The notes beneath the pieces are model-generated. The model worked only from the letters and a program-made list of their open reading frames with translations, did no database searches and was not told where the DNA came from. DNA of 64,000 bases, from contig JAUCBJ010001224.1 in assembly GCA_032718475.1 (NCBI GenBank), positions 18,102 through 82,101 of the forward strand, given 5' to 3'. Shown here in pieces: positions 39,921-53,277 of this stretch; the stretch's first letter is position 1, and every line of letters starts with the position of its first letter. Source of the stretch: Nemertoderma westbladi (lineage: Eukaryota > Animalia > Xenacoelomorpha). The position numbers were made by a program, and so were the translations under genes.

Positions 39921-42900
39921 CCCTTTGACGCCTGAACCTGCAATTGAAACTGCATAAGAGTTCTGAAAGAATTGCCAATTTTAAAGGAGACATTTATCCA
40001 TGTAAAATAACATATGGTAGTAACACATATTTAGGTATACAACGATATTTATATATAAATATATTACATACATATAATAATATATATAATACAATATATA
40101 TATATATATCCAACACACAACCTTAGGGCCACTTATGGATGTAAGTAGGTGGCCTTATGGTTCTATTCAATATCCAACAGTGGCCCTATGGTCGGAAAGG
40201 TGGCCCTATGGTTTAATCGTGCCATAGGGCCACAGTGGCCCTATGGTATGAAGTAGTTGTAAGGCGGTAGAAGGTCCTTTGGACGTTAGGTGTTGCGTCT
40301 TTAGGTCCTATGAGTGGTTGTTATTAACCCCTGCGCTGTTAGGTTCTGTCATAATACAGTAGTTTTATTTCTATTTAAAGCTGATTATCTTCTAAAATGC
40401 AATAAGCCTTCTATTAGGTGAGCGTTCTATTCAGTGAGTGTTACATTCAGTAAGCGTTCTATTCATTTAAGGTGTTCTATTCAGTGAGCGTTCTATTCAT
40501 TTAAACGTTCTATTCAGTGAGCGTTCTATTCAGTGAGTGTTCTATTCAGTGAGTGTTCTATTCAGTGAACGTTCTATTCAGTGAGTGTTCTATTCAGTGA
40601 ACGTTCTATTCAGTGAGTGTTCTATTCAGTGAGCGTTCTATTCAGTGAGTGTTACATTCAGTAAGCGTTCTATTCATTTAAGGTGTTCTATTCAGTGAGT
40701 GTTCTATTCAGTGAGCGTTCTATTCAGTGAGTGTTCTATTCAGTAAACGTTATATTCAGTGAACGTTGTATTCAGTGAGTGTTCTATTCAGTGAACGTTC
40801 TATTCAGTGAGTGTTCTATTCAGTGAACGTTCTATTCAGTGAGTGTTCTATTCAGTGGACGTTCTATTCAGTGAGCGTTCTATTCATTGAGTGTACTATT
40901 CAGCGAGTGTTCTATTCAGTGAGTGTTCTATTCAGTGAGCGTTCTATTCAGTGAGTGTTACATTCAGTAAGCGTTCTATTCATTTAAACGTTCTATTCAG
41001 TGAGTGTTCTATTCAGTGAGCGTTCTATTCAGTGAGTGTTCTATTCAGTAAACGTTCTATTCAGTAAGCATTCTATTCAGTGAGCGTTCTATTCAGTGAG
41101 TGTTACATTCAGTAAGCGTTCTATTCATTTAAACGTTCCATTCAGTGAGTGTTCTATTCAGTGAGCGTTCTATTCAGTGAGTGTTCTATTCAGTAAACGT
41201 TATATTCAGTGAACGTTCTATTCAGTGAGCGTTCTATTCAGTGAGTGTTACATTCAGTAAGCGTTCTATTCATTTAAACGTTCTATTCAGGGAGCGTTCT
41301 ATTCAGTGAGTGTACTATTCAGCGAGTGTTCTATTCAGTGAGTGTTCTATTCAGTGAGCGTTCTATTCAGTGAATGTTGCATTCAGTAAGCGTTCTATTC
41401 ATTTAAACGTTCTATTCAGTGAGTGTTCTATACAGTGAGCGTTCTATTCAGTGAGTGTTACATTCAGTAAGCGTTCTATTCATTTAAACGTTCTATTCAG
41501 TGAGTGTTCTATTCAGTGAGCGTTCTATTCAGTGAGTGTTACATTCAGTAAGCGTTCTATTCATTTAAACGTTCTATTCAGTTAGCGTTCTATTCAGTGA
41601 ACGTTCTATTCAGTGAGTGTTCTATTCAGTAAGCGTTCTATTCAGTGAACGTTCTATTCAGTAAGTGCTTTATTCAGTAAGCGTTATATTCAGTGAATGT
41701 TATATTCAATGAGTGTTCTATTCAGTGAACGTTCTATTCAGTGAGTGTTCTATTCAGTAAGCATTCTATTCAGTGAACGTTCTATTCAGTGAGCGTTCTA
41801 TTCAGTGAGCGTTGTATTCAGTGAGTGTTCTATTCAGTAAGCATTCTATTCAGTGAACGTTCTATTCAGTGAGTGTTACATTCAGTAAGCGTTCTATTCA
41901 TTTAAACATTCTATTCAGTGAGTGTTCTATTCAGTAAGCATTATATTCAGTGAACGTTCTATTCAGTGAGTGTTATATTCAGTGAGCGTTCTAATCAGTG
42001 AGCGTTCTATTCATTTAAACGTTCTATTCAGTGAGTGTTCTATACAGTGAGCGTTCTATTCAGTGAGTGTTACATTCAGTAAGCGTTCTATTCATTTAAA
42101 CGTTCTATTCAGTGAGTGTTCTATTCAGTGAGCGTTCTATTCAGTGAGTGTTACATTCAGTAGGCGTTCTATTCATTTAAACGTTCTATTCAGTTAGCGT
42201 TCTATTCAGTGAACGTTCTATTCAGTGAGTGTTCTATTCAGTAAGCGTTCTATTCAGTGAACGTTCTATTCAGTGAGTGTTCTATTCAGTAAGCATTCTA
42301 TTCAGTGAACGTTCTATTCAGTGAGCGTTCTATTCAGTGAGCGTTGTATTCAGTGAGTGTTCTATTCAGTAAGCATTCTATTCAGTGAACGTTCTATTCA
42401 GTGAGTGTTACATTCAGTAAGCGTTCTATCCATTTAAACATTCTATTCAGTGAGTGTTCTATTCAGTAAGCATTATATTCAGTGAACGTTCTATTCAGTG
42501 AGTGCTCTATTCAGTAAGCGTTATATTCAGTGAATGTTATATTCAATGAGTGTTCTATTCAGTGAACGTTCTATTCAGTGAGTGTTCTATTCATTAAGCA
42601 TTCTATTCAGTGAACGTTCTATTCAGTGAGCGTTCTATTCAGTGAGCGTTGTATTCAGTGAGTGTTCTATTCAGTAAGCATTCTATTCAGTGAACGTTCT
42701 ATTCAGTGAGTGTTACATTCAGTAAGCGTTCTATTCATTAAAACATTCCATTCAGTGAGTGTTCTATTCAGTAACCATTATATTCAGTGAACGTTCTATT
42801 CAGTGAGTGTTCTATTCAATGAGCGTTCTAATCAGTGAGGGGTCTATTCAGTGAGGGTTATATTCTGTGAACGTTCAATTCAGTGAGCGTTCTATTCAGT

Positions 42901-45410
42901 GCACGTTCAATTCAATGATCGTTCTATTCAGTCAACGTTATATTCTGTGAACGTTCAATTCAGTAAGCATTATATTCAGTGAACGTTCTATTCAGTGAGT
43001 GTTCTATTGAGTAAGCGTTCTATTCAGTAAACGTTATATTCAGTGAGTGTTCTATTCAGTTAATGTTCTATTCAGTGATCATTATATTCAGCGATCATTC
43101 TAATCAGTGAACATTCTATTCAGTAAGCGTTCTATTCAGTAAACGTTATATTCAGTGAGTGTTCTATTCAGTTAATGTTCTATTCAGTGAGCATTATATT
43201 CAGCGATCGTTCTAATCAGTGAACATTCTATTCAGTAAGCGTTCTATTCAGTAAACGTTATATTCAGTGAGTGTTCTATTCAGTTAATGTTCATTCAGTG
43301 AGCGTTCTGTTCTGTGAGTGTTACATTCAGTAAGCGTTCTATTCAGTGAATGTTCTATTCAGTGAGTGTTCTATTCAGTTAATGTTCTATTCAGTGAGCA
43401 TTATATTCAGCGATCGTTCTAATCAGTGAACATTCTATTCAGTAAGCGTTCTATTCAGTAAACGTTATATTCAGTGAGTGTTCTATTCAGGGAGTGTTCA
43501 ATTCAGTGAGTGTTCTATCCAGTGAGTGTTCTATTCAGTGAGCGTTCTATTCAGTGTGCGTTCTATTCAGTGAGTGTTCTATTCAGTGAGTGTTCTATTC
43601 AGTGAGTGTTCTATTCAGTGAGTGTTCTATTCAGTGAGCGTTCTATTCAGTGAACGTTATATTCAGTAAGCATTTTATTTAGTGAGTGTTCTATTCAGTG
43701 AGCGTTCTTTTCAGTGAACGTTCTATTCAGTGAGTGTTCTATTCAGTGAACGATCTATTCAGTGAGTGTTCTATTCAGTGAGTGTTATATTCAGTAAGCA
43801 TTCTATTTAGTGAGCGTTCTATTCAGTGAGTTTTCTATTGAGTGAGCGTTCCACGCAATGAACGTTCTATTCAATGAGTGTTCTATTCAGTAAGCATTCT
43901 ATTTAGTGAGCGTTCTATTCAGTGAGTGTTCTATTGAGTGAGCGTTCCACGCAATGAACGTTCTATTCAGTGAGCGTTCTATTCAGTGAGCATTATACTC
44001 AGAGAGCGTTATATTCCGTATACATTCTATTCAGTGAGCGAAATAAAAAAACTATTAGAAAGTGTAGAATTTAAATTAAAAAAATTCAGCACGCCGTTTA
44101 TACAATTCAATAATAATTAATTCATTTGTCCTAGTCCCTCTGGTGTATAAAAAATCAATAGACTTTAACTCTAAAGGTAAAATCTATATATCTGATATAA
44201 TAAAGATCCGTCAAAACCATAGGGCCACTATTTTTTATGTCATGGTTTTATGTAATAAAAACTTAATAATACGGTATTTGACTGCAAGCACAAAGAGGAT
44301 CATCTGCATTAATGATATCAAATAGCTCCAATAAAATTTTCTAGACCAAAATTTAATTACAAAGTTTTTAAATCACACTAACTAATTTTTCAACTTTGTC
44401 TCAGATAACCAACCACCTTGGTTCAAATACCTACAAGTTAGTCATGGAATCAAAGATATATAAAATTATATATTAAAATATACATAAGTTTTGAAATGAA
44501 TAAAAACGGTGTAGAAAAGTCTAACAAAGCATTTTCGGAAAAGATCTGAGTTCTAGAATGTGTTTTTGATGTGTAAATTACACAAAAATTACCAGAAAAA
44601 TTAGGTGGCCCTGTGGTCGTTTTGTGTTATGTACTTTTCCTATAGAAATGTATTGCAAACGAATATCCAACAAGATATATATAATAGTCATTATATGGGA
44701 GCCGTGTAATTTTTTGCATCGGATTTTTCTAACAATTAATAGATATTATTATTAACATGCTTCTCTTGTTCTATTATTATTCGATAGTTAATGTACTAGT
44801 TTATATCTTAATTATTAAGGAGTGGCCCTATGGCCACCAGTTGGAGTTATATATATATATATATTTTAATATTTTTAATTTTTTTTAATATATATATATT
44901 TTTTTTTTAACTTTTTTTTCTAAATTTTTAATAATTGTATTTCTATATAATGCATAAACGATAATAACCTACTTCGAAAAATAGTGGGTTTGGTTTGGGT
45001 TACCTGACTAACAGGTATTATATTATCGGGTAGACCAATAATCGTGAATTGTAGCCTTTCTATAACCGACATCAGCAGATCAGTATAGCGAGTCCTAAAA
45101 AAGCTCTCATCTCCAGTAGAGTAACGTCCTTCACTTTTAGTTCCATCGGACCGCTTCCAGTACCAGTACCGGTGTTCGGTGGTAATTCAGCTATTTTCTC
45201 CCGCTGTAAGTCGATTCTTCTATTCGTACTATCACACAGTACTTGAATCAAACTATCAGTATCAAACATATCGACATAATCTTTCAAACCGAACTCGATA
45301 GCATTCTGCTACCCAACTTGACGCGAATTCACGGGGAAAGGCCTATCTAAATTTATTGAATCATTGTTTCCCGTTACAAGTTTCCAAGGCGCCAACTCAG
45401 GTGGGACGTT
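39921..45410 (-). mobile_element. Probable piggyBac relic: TTAA-CCC end plus transposase fragment
   Basis: TTAA|CCCTTTGACGCC at 39917. 45020-45400 reads FDTDSLIQVLCDSTN...VTLLEMRAFLGL...IHDYWST (PGBD-like). Linkage of the end and the fragment is inferred. Confidence 0.55.
40420..44040. repeat. 16-bp satellite, about 225 monomers
   Basis: Consensus GTTCTATTCAGTGAG(C/T) with recurring variant blocks. Confidence 0.97.
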
Positions 45411-45419
45411 TCCATAACC

Positions 45420-46200
45420 CAGGCCCGTAGCCAGTATAAGGCGAAGGTAGGCGCCGCCTACCCAAACGTGGTCTCGCCTACCCAATTTTTTGGAAGGAAT
45501 TTTACTTCATTAGTAATAATTTTACCTTCTTACACAACCATTTTCTGGTTCATGCGTCTTCTTTAGACATTAATTAGCCTTGTAGTAATCAAACACCAGT
45601 ACATATTACACTCAGATTGTAAGTTACTTTCATTTTAAAACCGTTTAACGCCCATTGCACCTTAAATGGAACATGTTATATGGAGAGACATGGGTGGCTG
45701 CTGCTTTGACAAAAACGTGATTTTTTTTTGATATGAGTAAATTACATGTTTCCTCACATAATGACACCTCACTTGACCAAATTTTATCAATTTCAAAACT
45801 GGAAATTGCCTGTTGAAAAGTGCCATTTTTGAAAAATTTAGGTGTCTTTTTGAATCTTAAAATTATGAAATGTGGGGTGGTCAAAAATTTTCGAAAATTA
45901 GCTTTCCTGTTGGCCTGAATGCTATGTTAATCATTTTTATCAGTTTTAGCTTTCAGATTTTTATTTAACAATGTTTAATACAGCAGCAAAGTGAAATGTT
46001 CCATATAAGGTGCGTTGGGACTTCAAACACATTTTTTTTTTTTTTTTGAAAATTGCTTCATATACTAACAGTTATAGAGTATTTACTGTACAATTATGTT
46101 GCTATTACGCATCATTTTACCACGTTTAGCTGTCGTCATACAGTCCACATTCTAGACCTGATAAATTGCATTTTCTTGACCTGATTATGATCAACTTTGA
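45420..46200. mobile_element. Left end of a DNA transposon (hAT-like terminus), extent uncertain
   Basis: CAGGCCCGTAGCCAG...GGTAGGCGCCGCCTACC abruptly truncates the piggyBac fragment; partner end not found. Confidence 0.4.
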
Positions 46201-48154
46201 AAAAATGTCTACAAGTTGTCAAAATCACCAGTGGAATTGTGAAGAACATAACTCGATTGTCGAGTGTACTGTACAGTACATTGCATACTGTAGGTCTATA
46301 CTGTAGGTACAGTCAAGGCCTAGATACAGCAGAACACAGTGTAGATCAGTATATTTTTTTAGCTAGTTCGTATTACAAACGAAGAGACAGCAGAAACGAA
46401 TGGGGTGAACCCGACCCGGAGCTGTGACACTCCTCGGCGTGGGCCACGATCTTACGCTCCTGGCCTCCTCAGTGAGGGCAAGTCCAGGTTTGCTGGGTGG
46501 TGGGGACAGGAAGATCAGAAACAGATACATTGAGCGGCTCTTCGCTGAAGGTATACTAGCGCCATTCCGTTCTTTGTATCAGACTAGACGGTTAAAGCTT
46601 ATCTGCATGTATTTACAGCGTAATCAGTACAAGGTCATAATATATGAAATTGAGATTGAAAGAACATATCATTTTTTGTCAAATGCGCTAAAAGTAATAT
46701 TTGACTCTCAACCCCCCTGAGTGTTTTGATTTGCTTATTTGTTCTATTGATGTGCTTATTTTCTCTAATTTCGAGTGATCATCGTAATTGGTAGGATTTG
46801 GTGCATAAATATTTACCGATTTATATTGTAAACACTGATCCCGTTTATTGTATTTTGGTAAGTATTCTGCAAATATTTGATAAACTTATTTACTGGCGGT
46901 GTATAACCAGAGAGTGTAAAGGAGTACTTTTTATATCGTTGTTTATAACTGGTGTATTTGCTGTTTTTTGCTTTCACGTATTTTTGAGTTTTGAACATTA
47001 ACTGATAGCGCCATGTGTGTTGTTGGACCTTGTAAGGCATAGATGTTCGTTTTCTACTGTAAGTCGGGTACAATAGGTAAATCCCCGCGGCAATAATTCT
47101 AGATTGGTCGGGTCAAATAATAGACGGAATCTCAAATTTACCGTAAAACATCTTACTGCAAGTCTGCCTACTGTGAATTACCGGTATCTGATTGCTTGGC
47201 TTCATAGTGTATTAAGTAAATGCTTAATTGTTTTGTAGGCCTCATTTTACCCCCTACAGTATCTTATTCCTATTTCCATTTTTTGGAACACATAAAGTTA
47301 TTTATTTCCTTGTGGGAGGAAATATTGCTTTATTCCCGAAATTACCTTTCATACTTGGTTTTACGGAATTAAAGCGCAGAAGTACGACTGGCCCATCAAC
47401 AATATCCAAAACATAGTCTTTGGATGAATCGTGGGGCACCTCCGTTTCTTTAATCGAGTATCGAACTGTTATTTATCGACTTGCCTTACGTACAGACTTA
47501 TTAGTTCGAATTTTTCAGTCGATCGGAACCACTTTATGCGATCTTAGCCCGTCAACAGTTCGTTATACTCGGCGAAATATACAAGAGTCCAAGGTGGCGT
47601 ATTTTTAGACAATCCCGGGGACGCATTCCACTAACCGTATCTATTGATTTAATTTATGCTATTAACGTTTGTCTCTTGACCGGTTTCGACGTCCTAAACG
47701 TTCGAAACGTTTTGCAAATTCCCTGGTAAATTCCCACAGTCTTATTGTTCTGTCAATTTTGTTTTTTGCGTGTACTACATTAAAGTAAGCTCTAAGTTTA
47801 CACCACTTCTTGTAACGTAGGTACAGTACTTTAGGTATAAGTAACGTTTTATATTATTTTTATAAGTTGTGCGGTTTTTTATTCCGAGATTATTATTCCA
47901 TAATAAATAACAACGGAACTTTTAACCGATATACTGTACATACATATCATCGAGATATTTAATATTTCAGCTCATATATTCCCCATCAGATCCAATATTT
48001 ACACGTTCGTGGGGCCTTCGCGCAGCACGAGGCCAAGTTATGAGATACAAATTTAAATTGAGCGACTGTATCACAAAATCAGGTTTTGAGAAATTTACCC
48101 ACACCACCAATCAATCAAAGAAAGGGGGACAGTACGTGTTCACGCCTTTTAATC

Positions 48155-48185
<31 letters not shown>

Positions 48186-49152
48186 ACCCTTCCCAACCAC
48201 CAATACATAACCGCGACATCTACCACCCTCGGAAGGGTAGCACGAACTTATTTCCAAACGCACGTTCAATATGCAAAGCCAGGTGGTGTATAGGAATATA
48301 ATCAACGCCGTACTCGTCTTAATTATTATAAGCGTCGTTCAGTAGTTGCGCTCGCCTTGTTTTGTATTTAAATATATTTCCTAAACGCAGACTGACAATC
48401 TTTATAACTATCGATACGTGCAATATGCGAAACCAGGAATGGTTTATAGGAATAATATTAGCAGTGGGCTATAAATGGATCATTTTTTGTTTTGCTTAGG
48501 GCTGAGTTTTTTTATGTTCTATGTTATCTATCTCGATGTAAAATGACAAAAAAATTGGGCTTGGGTCTAACAAAAAAGTGTGCAGATCACTTTTGAGTGT
48601 ATGTCATCTAATACATAGCGTCCGGTTCTAAAATCTTGGACATTTTCTAAGTTTTCACACTTCCTGACAGGGTATGTTATCAAAATTAATAACATTCGAA
48701 CCACAATGGTCGATTAGAACAAGAATAAATTTATTATTTTTTGATATATTGGTTAAAATTTTCTAGGCCAGTTCAATTCAACCGCTAACCGCATTGCTTT
48801 GTATCAGTATGCTAAAAAATGATGAAATTTAGGACAGTGTTTAATTTCATATTGCTGTATGCTATACCATATAGGCCTACCTGCTGTGCATTGTGTCATT
48901 ATAATCTGTAGTGCTTTGTGCCATTATATCTGGTATGCATGCATTCCACATTGTAACACACAACATACCTCAATAAATTTATATTCAAGTTAATTGGGCC
49001 AGTATAGAATGTTGGTTTATATATATTTGATCAGCGGTACTACTACAATAAGGCTATAATATCATAAGGTTGTATTAGTATATTAGATTTAGACTTACAT
49101 TCTTACATTCTCAGACTTACATATCAGTATTGCGTTTAATAACCTAACCTAG

Positions 49153-49434
49153 GGGGTAAACGTTACGCCTACACTTACACACGCCTACAAACAGTTACAC
49201 ACGCCTACAAACAGTTACACACGCCTACACACCTAATTACCAGCCTACCGGTAAGCCAATACATCTGACTGTTGATCCTCAAACTGCCGATTCTCAATTA
49301 AATTATGTATCCCATCTCTAGTTTATTGTTTTGGTAACCTGCTTCTTTACTAACCTGCCTACAAGTAGGTGTAATTGTAAGTGTAGGCGTGTGTAAGTGT
49401 AGGCGTGTGTAAGTGTAGGCGTAGCGTTTACCCC
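49153..49434. mobile_element. Mutator-type MITE with 9-bp TSD, nested in the transposon
   Basis: TSD CTAACCTAG at 49144-49152 and 49435-49443; TIR GGGGTAAACG.TACGCCTACACTTACACACGCCTACA. Confidence 0.85.
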
Positions 49435-49499
49435 CTAACCTAGTAATACTCAACAATCATAAATACTCTCATATTGTTTGTACATCTATATATTCGAAA

Positions 49500-52493
49500 A
49501 TGGATAACAGTAATATGTGGATTGGTGATAAGTTACCCACAATCTATGAGGCAGCAGTGACCATATATCACTATTCTAAGAACAGCAGGTCTAACAAAAG
49601 ATCAAGCATTGTGAACAGTTATGCAAATGCAGTTCGTGATATGTGGGTTCATAGTTTTGATGAAAAGTTTGTTTTATCTATATCATCAATTCGCCGCAAG
49701 CTTGACAATGTAATGCATGACTATGAAAACAGGGTCAGATGCTCCCACAAAAACTCATCTATTCGTGTTCGAAATAAACTATGGATGAATATGGATCTTC
49801 CACAGCCAAAGAGAGGGCCACGTAAGGTCATTAAGATCTCATCACTTTTTGACATTGGTAGGAACATGGATCAGTTATCTGGTGATGAAGCCATATTTTA
49901 TCAAGATCAATGTGGTGAAAGGAATCATCTCTTAAGTCAGGAAGTAGATTGGGTTTATGAGGAAGAAAAGACAGCAATGCAACAGGAAGAAATAAGAAAT
50001 GAAAATGAATTTCAAGAGGAGTTGGAGTTTATAAATGAAGATTTGGAGGTTACTCCGATTTCTAAGAGAATGAGGCATTTTGATACTCCAGTGACTACTG
50101 AAAAAGAATGCCAAGCTGATATAAATATGACACCAACCATCCGTAAATCTAGAAATACCACTCATGAGATAAGAGATGCAATTGCTACAGTTAGTTATAA
50201 GGCTGCAATTTCTGTTGCAAAAGCTCGCATTGTAACACAGGTGGTTTGCGATAAGTTGTATGGTCACCAGTACCACCTTCAACAACCATCAGAAACTTCT
50301 GGTGAATCATGTTCTAAAAAACCGCGAACCTTGGACGATTATAAACTATATGAAAAAGTCCTGCCTTCTGCTAAATCAATCAACAATTTCAAACATAAAA
50401 AGGCACTCTGCCAGGAAGTATCAGCTGCTAGGTCTATTTTGAACAAGAAGATTACTACAAAATTGACTCTACACTATGACACAACGAAGAGAAGTAGAAT
50501 AGATGGTGATTGGCCTTGCCTTATGTTGAATTTTTGTGATGATATCCCTGCTGAGTGTAAGATGATCCCTTTACGCCCTCTTTTCTTTGCGTTTGAAGAT
50601 AGGGATCAGATTGTGGCACTTATTGTTGAGACCATGAAAAGACTTCAAGCAGCTGCCAATAACCCCAGTTGGAATGTTGTCCGAATCTGGGAGCAGATAG
50701 ATGCCCTGATGACAGATGCTGTAAGTAAAAATCTCGATATAGAGACAGGAGTAGCAGAGAAACTTGGTTCACAGCATGTGCCATACCATTTGCTTTGCAA
50801 GTCTCACACATGTGAACGTTTAGATGCAGATAACCTTACAACCTTGGCTTTGATTGAGAATCAGATTGGCCTTCGTGAGCTGATTTTGAAGAGAGAGCCA
50901 TTGTTAAAGCCATTTCTTAGGCAGAACAAATCTGTTGTTGAAACAGCTCTAACAGCTTTTCTTAAACTTGTAGCACATGAGGGAGATGGAAAGACAACAT
51001 CATTAGCAGAGCAGTTTGATTTGATTCTTGAGGGGGCTGGGGTACACAAATCATTCAGCCTGTACAAAGAGAAGCGCTTTACTAGACTCGGATACCAGTC
51101 AGGGGCAGTCTATGATTCCATTCCTTATCTAAAAATACTAGTGGCAGAAACACCACTAAATAATCTTCTCATACGAGCATGTAGAATTTATCTTGAATGT
51201 GATTTCATAATTGCAGAATTGAAGGCTCTTGCTAATTTCACATATATGGTAACAATGCCTTTCCTCAACTGCATCGAGAGATCAAGTCAAGATTTGCTAG
51301 TTAACATCCTCCCCAAGTTATGCAATGACCTTTCTGATAAGAAGACAAACACACTTCTTAAATACCATGTAGAGTGGACACATGTAAACATGAAAGACAT
51401 TGCCCCACAAAGTGATCTCGACCATCATCTTCTTGGAGAGATGTGTCTACAGGCTAGCAGAGGTGTAGAATTGCAGTGTAAGCGGGAGTATTGGAATAGT
51501 GAACCTGGTGTTTCACGAGCAACTTCTATACATGCGCTGACTGTAGATGAACGGAAGAATCTGCCTACAAACAACCTGAATGCAGAGAGGTACTTAGCTA
51601 AGTTTGGATATATTGCAGCCCAGTCAGCCCAACATTCTAACAGGCTATTCAAGGCAAAGAGAATCAAAGATGACCTTATGTTTACATACAAGTTTGTTGA
51701 TGAGGTTGAAATGTCTACTATTGCTGTCTTAAAACACCTAGATTCTATGGAGGTAACTTGGAGTAATAAACAGAAGGAGAAGAAGAAGCAACGCTTGAAA
51801 GAGAACTTGGAAAAGAAAGTAAGGGCCAATGATTTTGTTGATCAGCTACTTGTGAAATGTAAAGAACATGGAGGACCAGTTACATCTGTCAAAGAACTGA
51901 AAGTGCTTTCCAGTAGGGAATCTTCTCAGCTAAAGGCCTTCTTGAGACAAGAAATACAATATCAGCGAGTCACTCATCAACATGATTCAGATGCACGTAG
52001 GGAACTTTATAAGGTCAACAAACTGTCTGAGAATGAGATGATTGAGAATCTAGCTGTGATTCTTGGTGATGACTTCCAAGCAGAAGAAGCAATTGTGTTT
52101 CCATGTGAGGATGAGATAATGGAAAAATTGACAGGAACCATTGCCACTGTTCAGGGGGCAGAGCAGATCTCACAGAGTGAATCTGCATTCCAAGCAAACC
52201 AACCACTTGCTGTTATCTGGGATGAAGGGATAATGAAACTATGGTATATTGGGTTTTACATTGATGGTAATGAGGATGGAACTTTCCGAGTAGATCACTT
52301 GATACGTCTTAGATCTGGAGATGATTCACTCTGGCAGCGACCATCCGGCTCTGATGACATCCAGGACACTATAGAACAGCAGATTGTGCCTATTGAAGTT
52401 ATAGGTACCTGGGACTTTTCAAAGAGAAAGCCTTGTTTTGTAATAAATAATGCGCCTGAAATACAAGAAATGTTTTATGAAATATGCCAATAA
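49500..52493 (+). CDS. Intact 997-aa DDE transposase (CxxH type, hAT-related; superfamily uncertain)
   Basis: Uninterrupted ORF between TIRs; TLHYDTT, LMTDAVSKN, LLCKSHT, PTNNLNAER. Confidence 0.8.
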   Translation: MDNSNMWIGDKLPTIYEAAVTIYHYSKNSRSNKRSSIVNSYANAVRDMWVHSFDEKFVLSISSIRRKLDNVMHDYENRVRCSHKNSSIRVRNKLWMNMDLPQPKRGPRKVIKISSLFDIGRNMDQLSGDEAIFYQDQCGERNHLLSQEVDWVYEEEKTAMQQEEIRNENEFQEELEFINEDLEVTPISKRMRHFDTPVTTEKECQADINMTPTIRKSRNTTHEIRDAIATVSYKAAISVAKARIVTQVVCDKLYGHQYHLQQPSETSGESCSKKPRTLDDYKLYEKVLPSAKSINNFKHKKALCQEVSAARSILNKKITTKLTLHYDTTKRSRIDGDWPCLMLNFCDDIPAECKMIPLRPLFFAFEDRDQIVALIVETMKRLQAAANNPSWNVVRIWEQIDALMTDAVSKNLDIETGVAEKLGSQHVPYHLLCKSHTCERLDADNLTTLALIENQIGLRELILKREPLLKPFLRQNKSVVETALTAFLKLVAHEGDGKTTSLAEQFDLILEGAGVHKSFSLYKEKRFTRLGYQSGAVYDSIPYLKILVAETPLNNLLIRACRIYLECDFIIAELKALANFTYMVTMPFLNCIERSSQDLLVNILPKLCNDLSDKKTNTLLKYHVEWTHVNMKDIAPQSDLDHHLLGEMCLQASRGVELQCKREYWNSEPGVSRATSIHALTVDERKNLPTNNLNAERYLAKFGYIAAQSAQHSNRLFKAKRIKDDLMFTYKFVDEVEMSTIAVLKHLDSMEVTWSNKQKEKKKQRLKENLEKKVRANDFVDQLLVKCKEHGGPVTSVKELKVLSSRESSQLKAFLRQEIQYQRVTHQHDSDARRELYKVNKLSENEMIENLAVILGDDFQAEEAIVFPCEDEIMEKLTGTIATVQGAEQISQSESAFQANQPLAVIWDEGIMKLWYIGFYIDGNEDGTFRVDHLIRLRSGDDSLWQRPSGSDDIQDTIEQQIVPIEVIGTWDFSKRKPCFVINNAPEIQEMFYEICQ

Positions 52494-53055
52494 CTGATCA
52501 ATTGTACCTCCATAATGGTTTGTTTGTTCATTAATATGCTGTGTATTTCGAATTTTATAATTAACATATTGAATATGTGCCTTAACTAATGTAATTTTTA
52601 GAGCAAGAATCTACTCTTAGTGATAGATAAACAATACCCACTAAACAGGTAAACACACACTAAGCACTATAAACAGATGTTTTGTTGCAAATAAACTAAA
52701 ACACGAGATAAAATAAACTTTCTAGATATATTAACATACACCTACCCACCTACTTATGATTGCCATTCTAAAGAGCCTAAAATCAGAACAATACACCCAG
52801 TAGAAGGGCATTATTCATCGCCTTCGCGACTATTATAATAGTTGTTATGACATCACTAAAGAGCTCTGCACACTTTTTTATTGGACACTAGGAATAAAAT
52901 ATGTTTATTTCATGTTGAGATAGATTATGAGGAACAATTAAAAAATCAGCCCTAAGGAAAACAGTAACATTTTAATTTTGACCACTCGTATAGCCCACTG
53001 CTATTTTAATGCAATATTTATTATCTTATCTGAATATTAAACTATTTACCTTTAG

Positions 53056-53277
53056 GCAAAAATGGTTCACAATTGCCGTGGGCCATTGTGCCAGGGTATC
53101 TATGGAGATTACGGATCCTGCCCTTGTTTCCGCACATCAAAGATGGGGCAGAAGCACTGGATAATCGAATGCGACGTCATATTAGACGTTTATGATAAAG
53201 ATGGGGATAGGGTAATACCTATCCCCTTTTCGTCGGCTGGATTTACAAAGCAGTTTATAGCCGAGGAGGATATGGTT
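53056..53277 (+). CDS. Exon 'C' of an unidentified gene (Cys cluster)
   Basis: TTTAG| phase-0 AKMVHNCRGPLCQGIYGDYGSCPCF...EEDMV |GTAAGT. Confidence 0.65.

Larger units (their letters stand above)
48459..53003 (+). mobile_element. Apparently complete DNA transposon with long imperfect TIRs
   Basis: TAGCAGTGGGCTATA / TATAGCCCACTGCTA ends, plus matching subterminal CTTAGGGCTGA, ATCTATCTC and AAAAAAGTGTGCAGA. Confidence 0.9.

Noticed and set aside
40420-44040. Heat-shock-element array (GAACGTTC in some monomers)
   Set aside because: The 16-bp period gives only two correctly phased nGAAn units; a third is out of register.
46385-46520. HDV-like ribozyme (CAC-TCCTCGGC-GTG)
   Set aside because: No P1 or P2 pairing partners could be found; more likely a small TE remnant.
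47340-48445. Additional exons upstream of the 48459 transposon
   Set aside because: Some splice-like signals, but no consistent frame or similarity to exons A-C.
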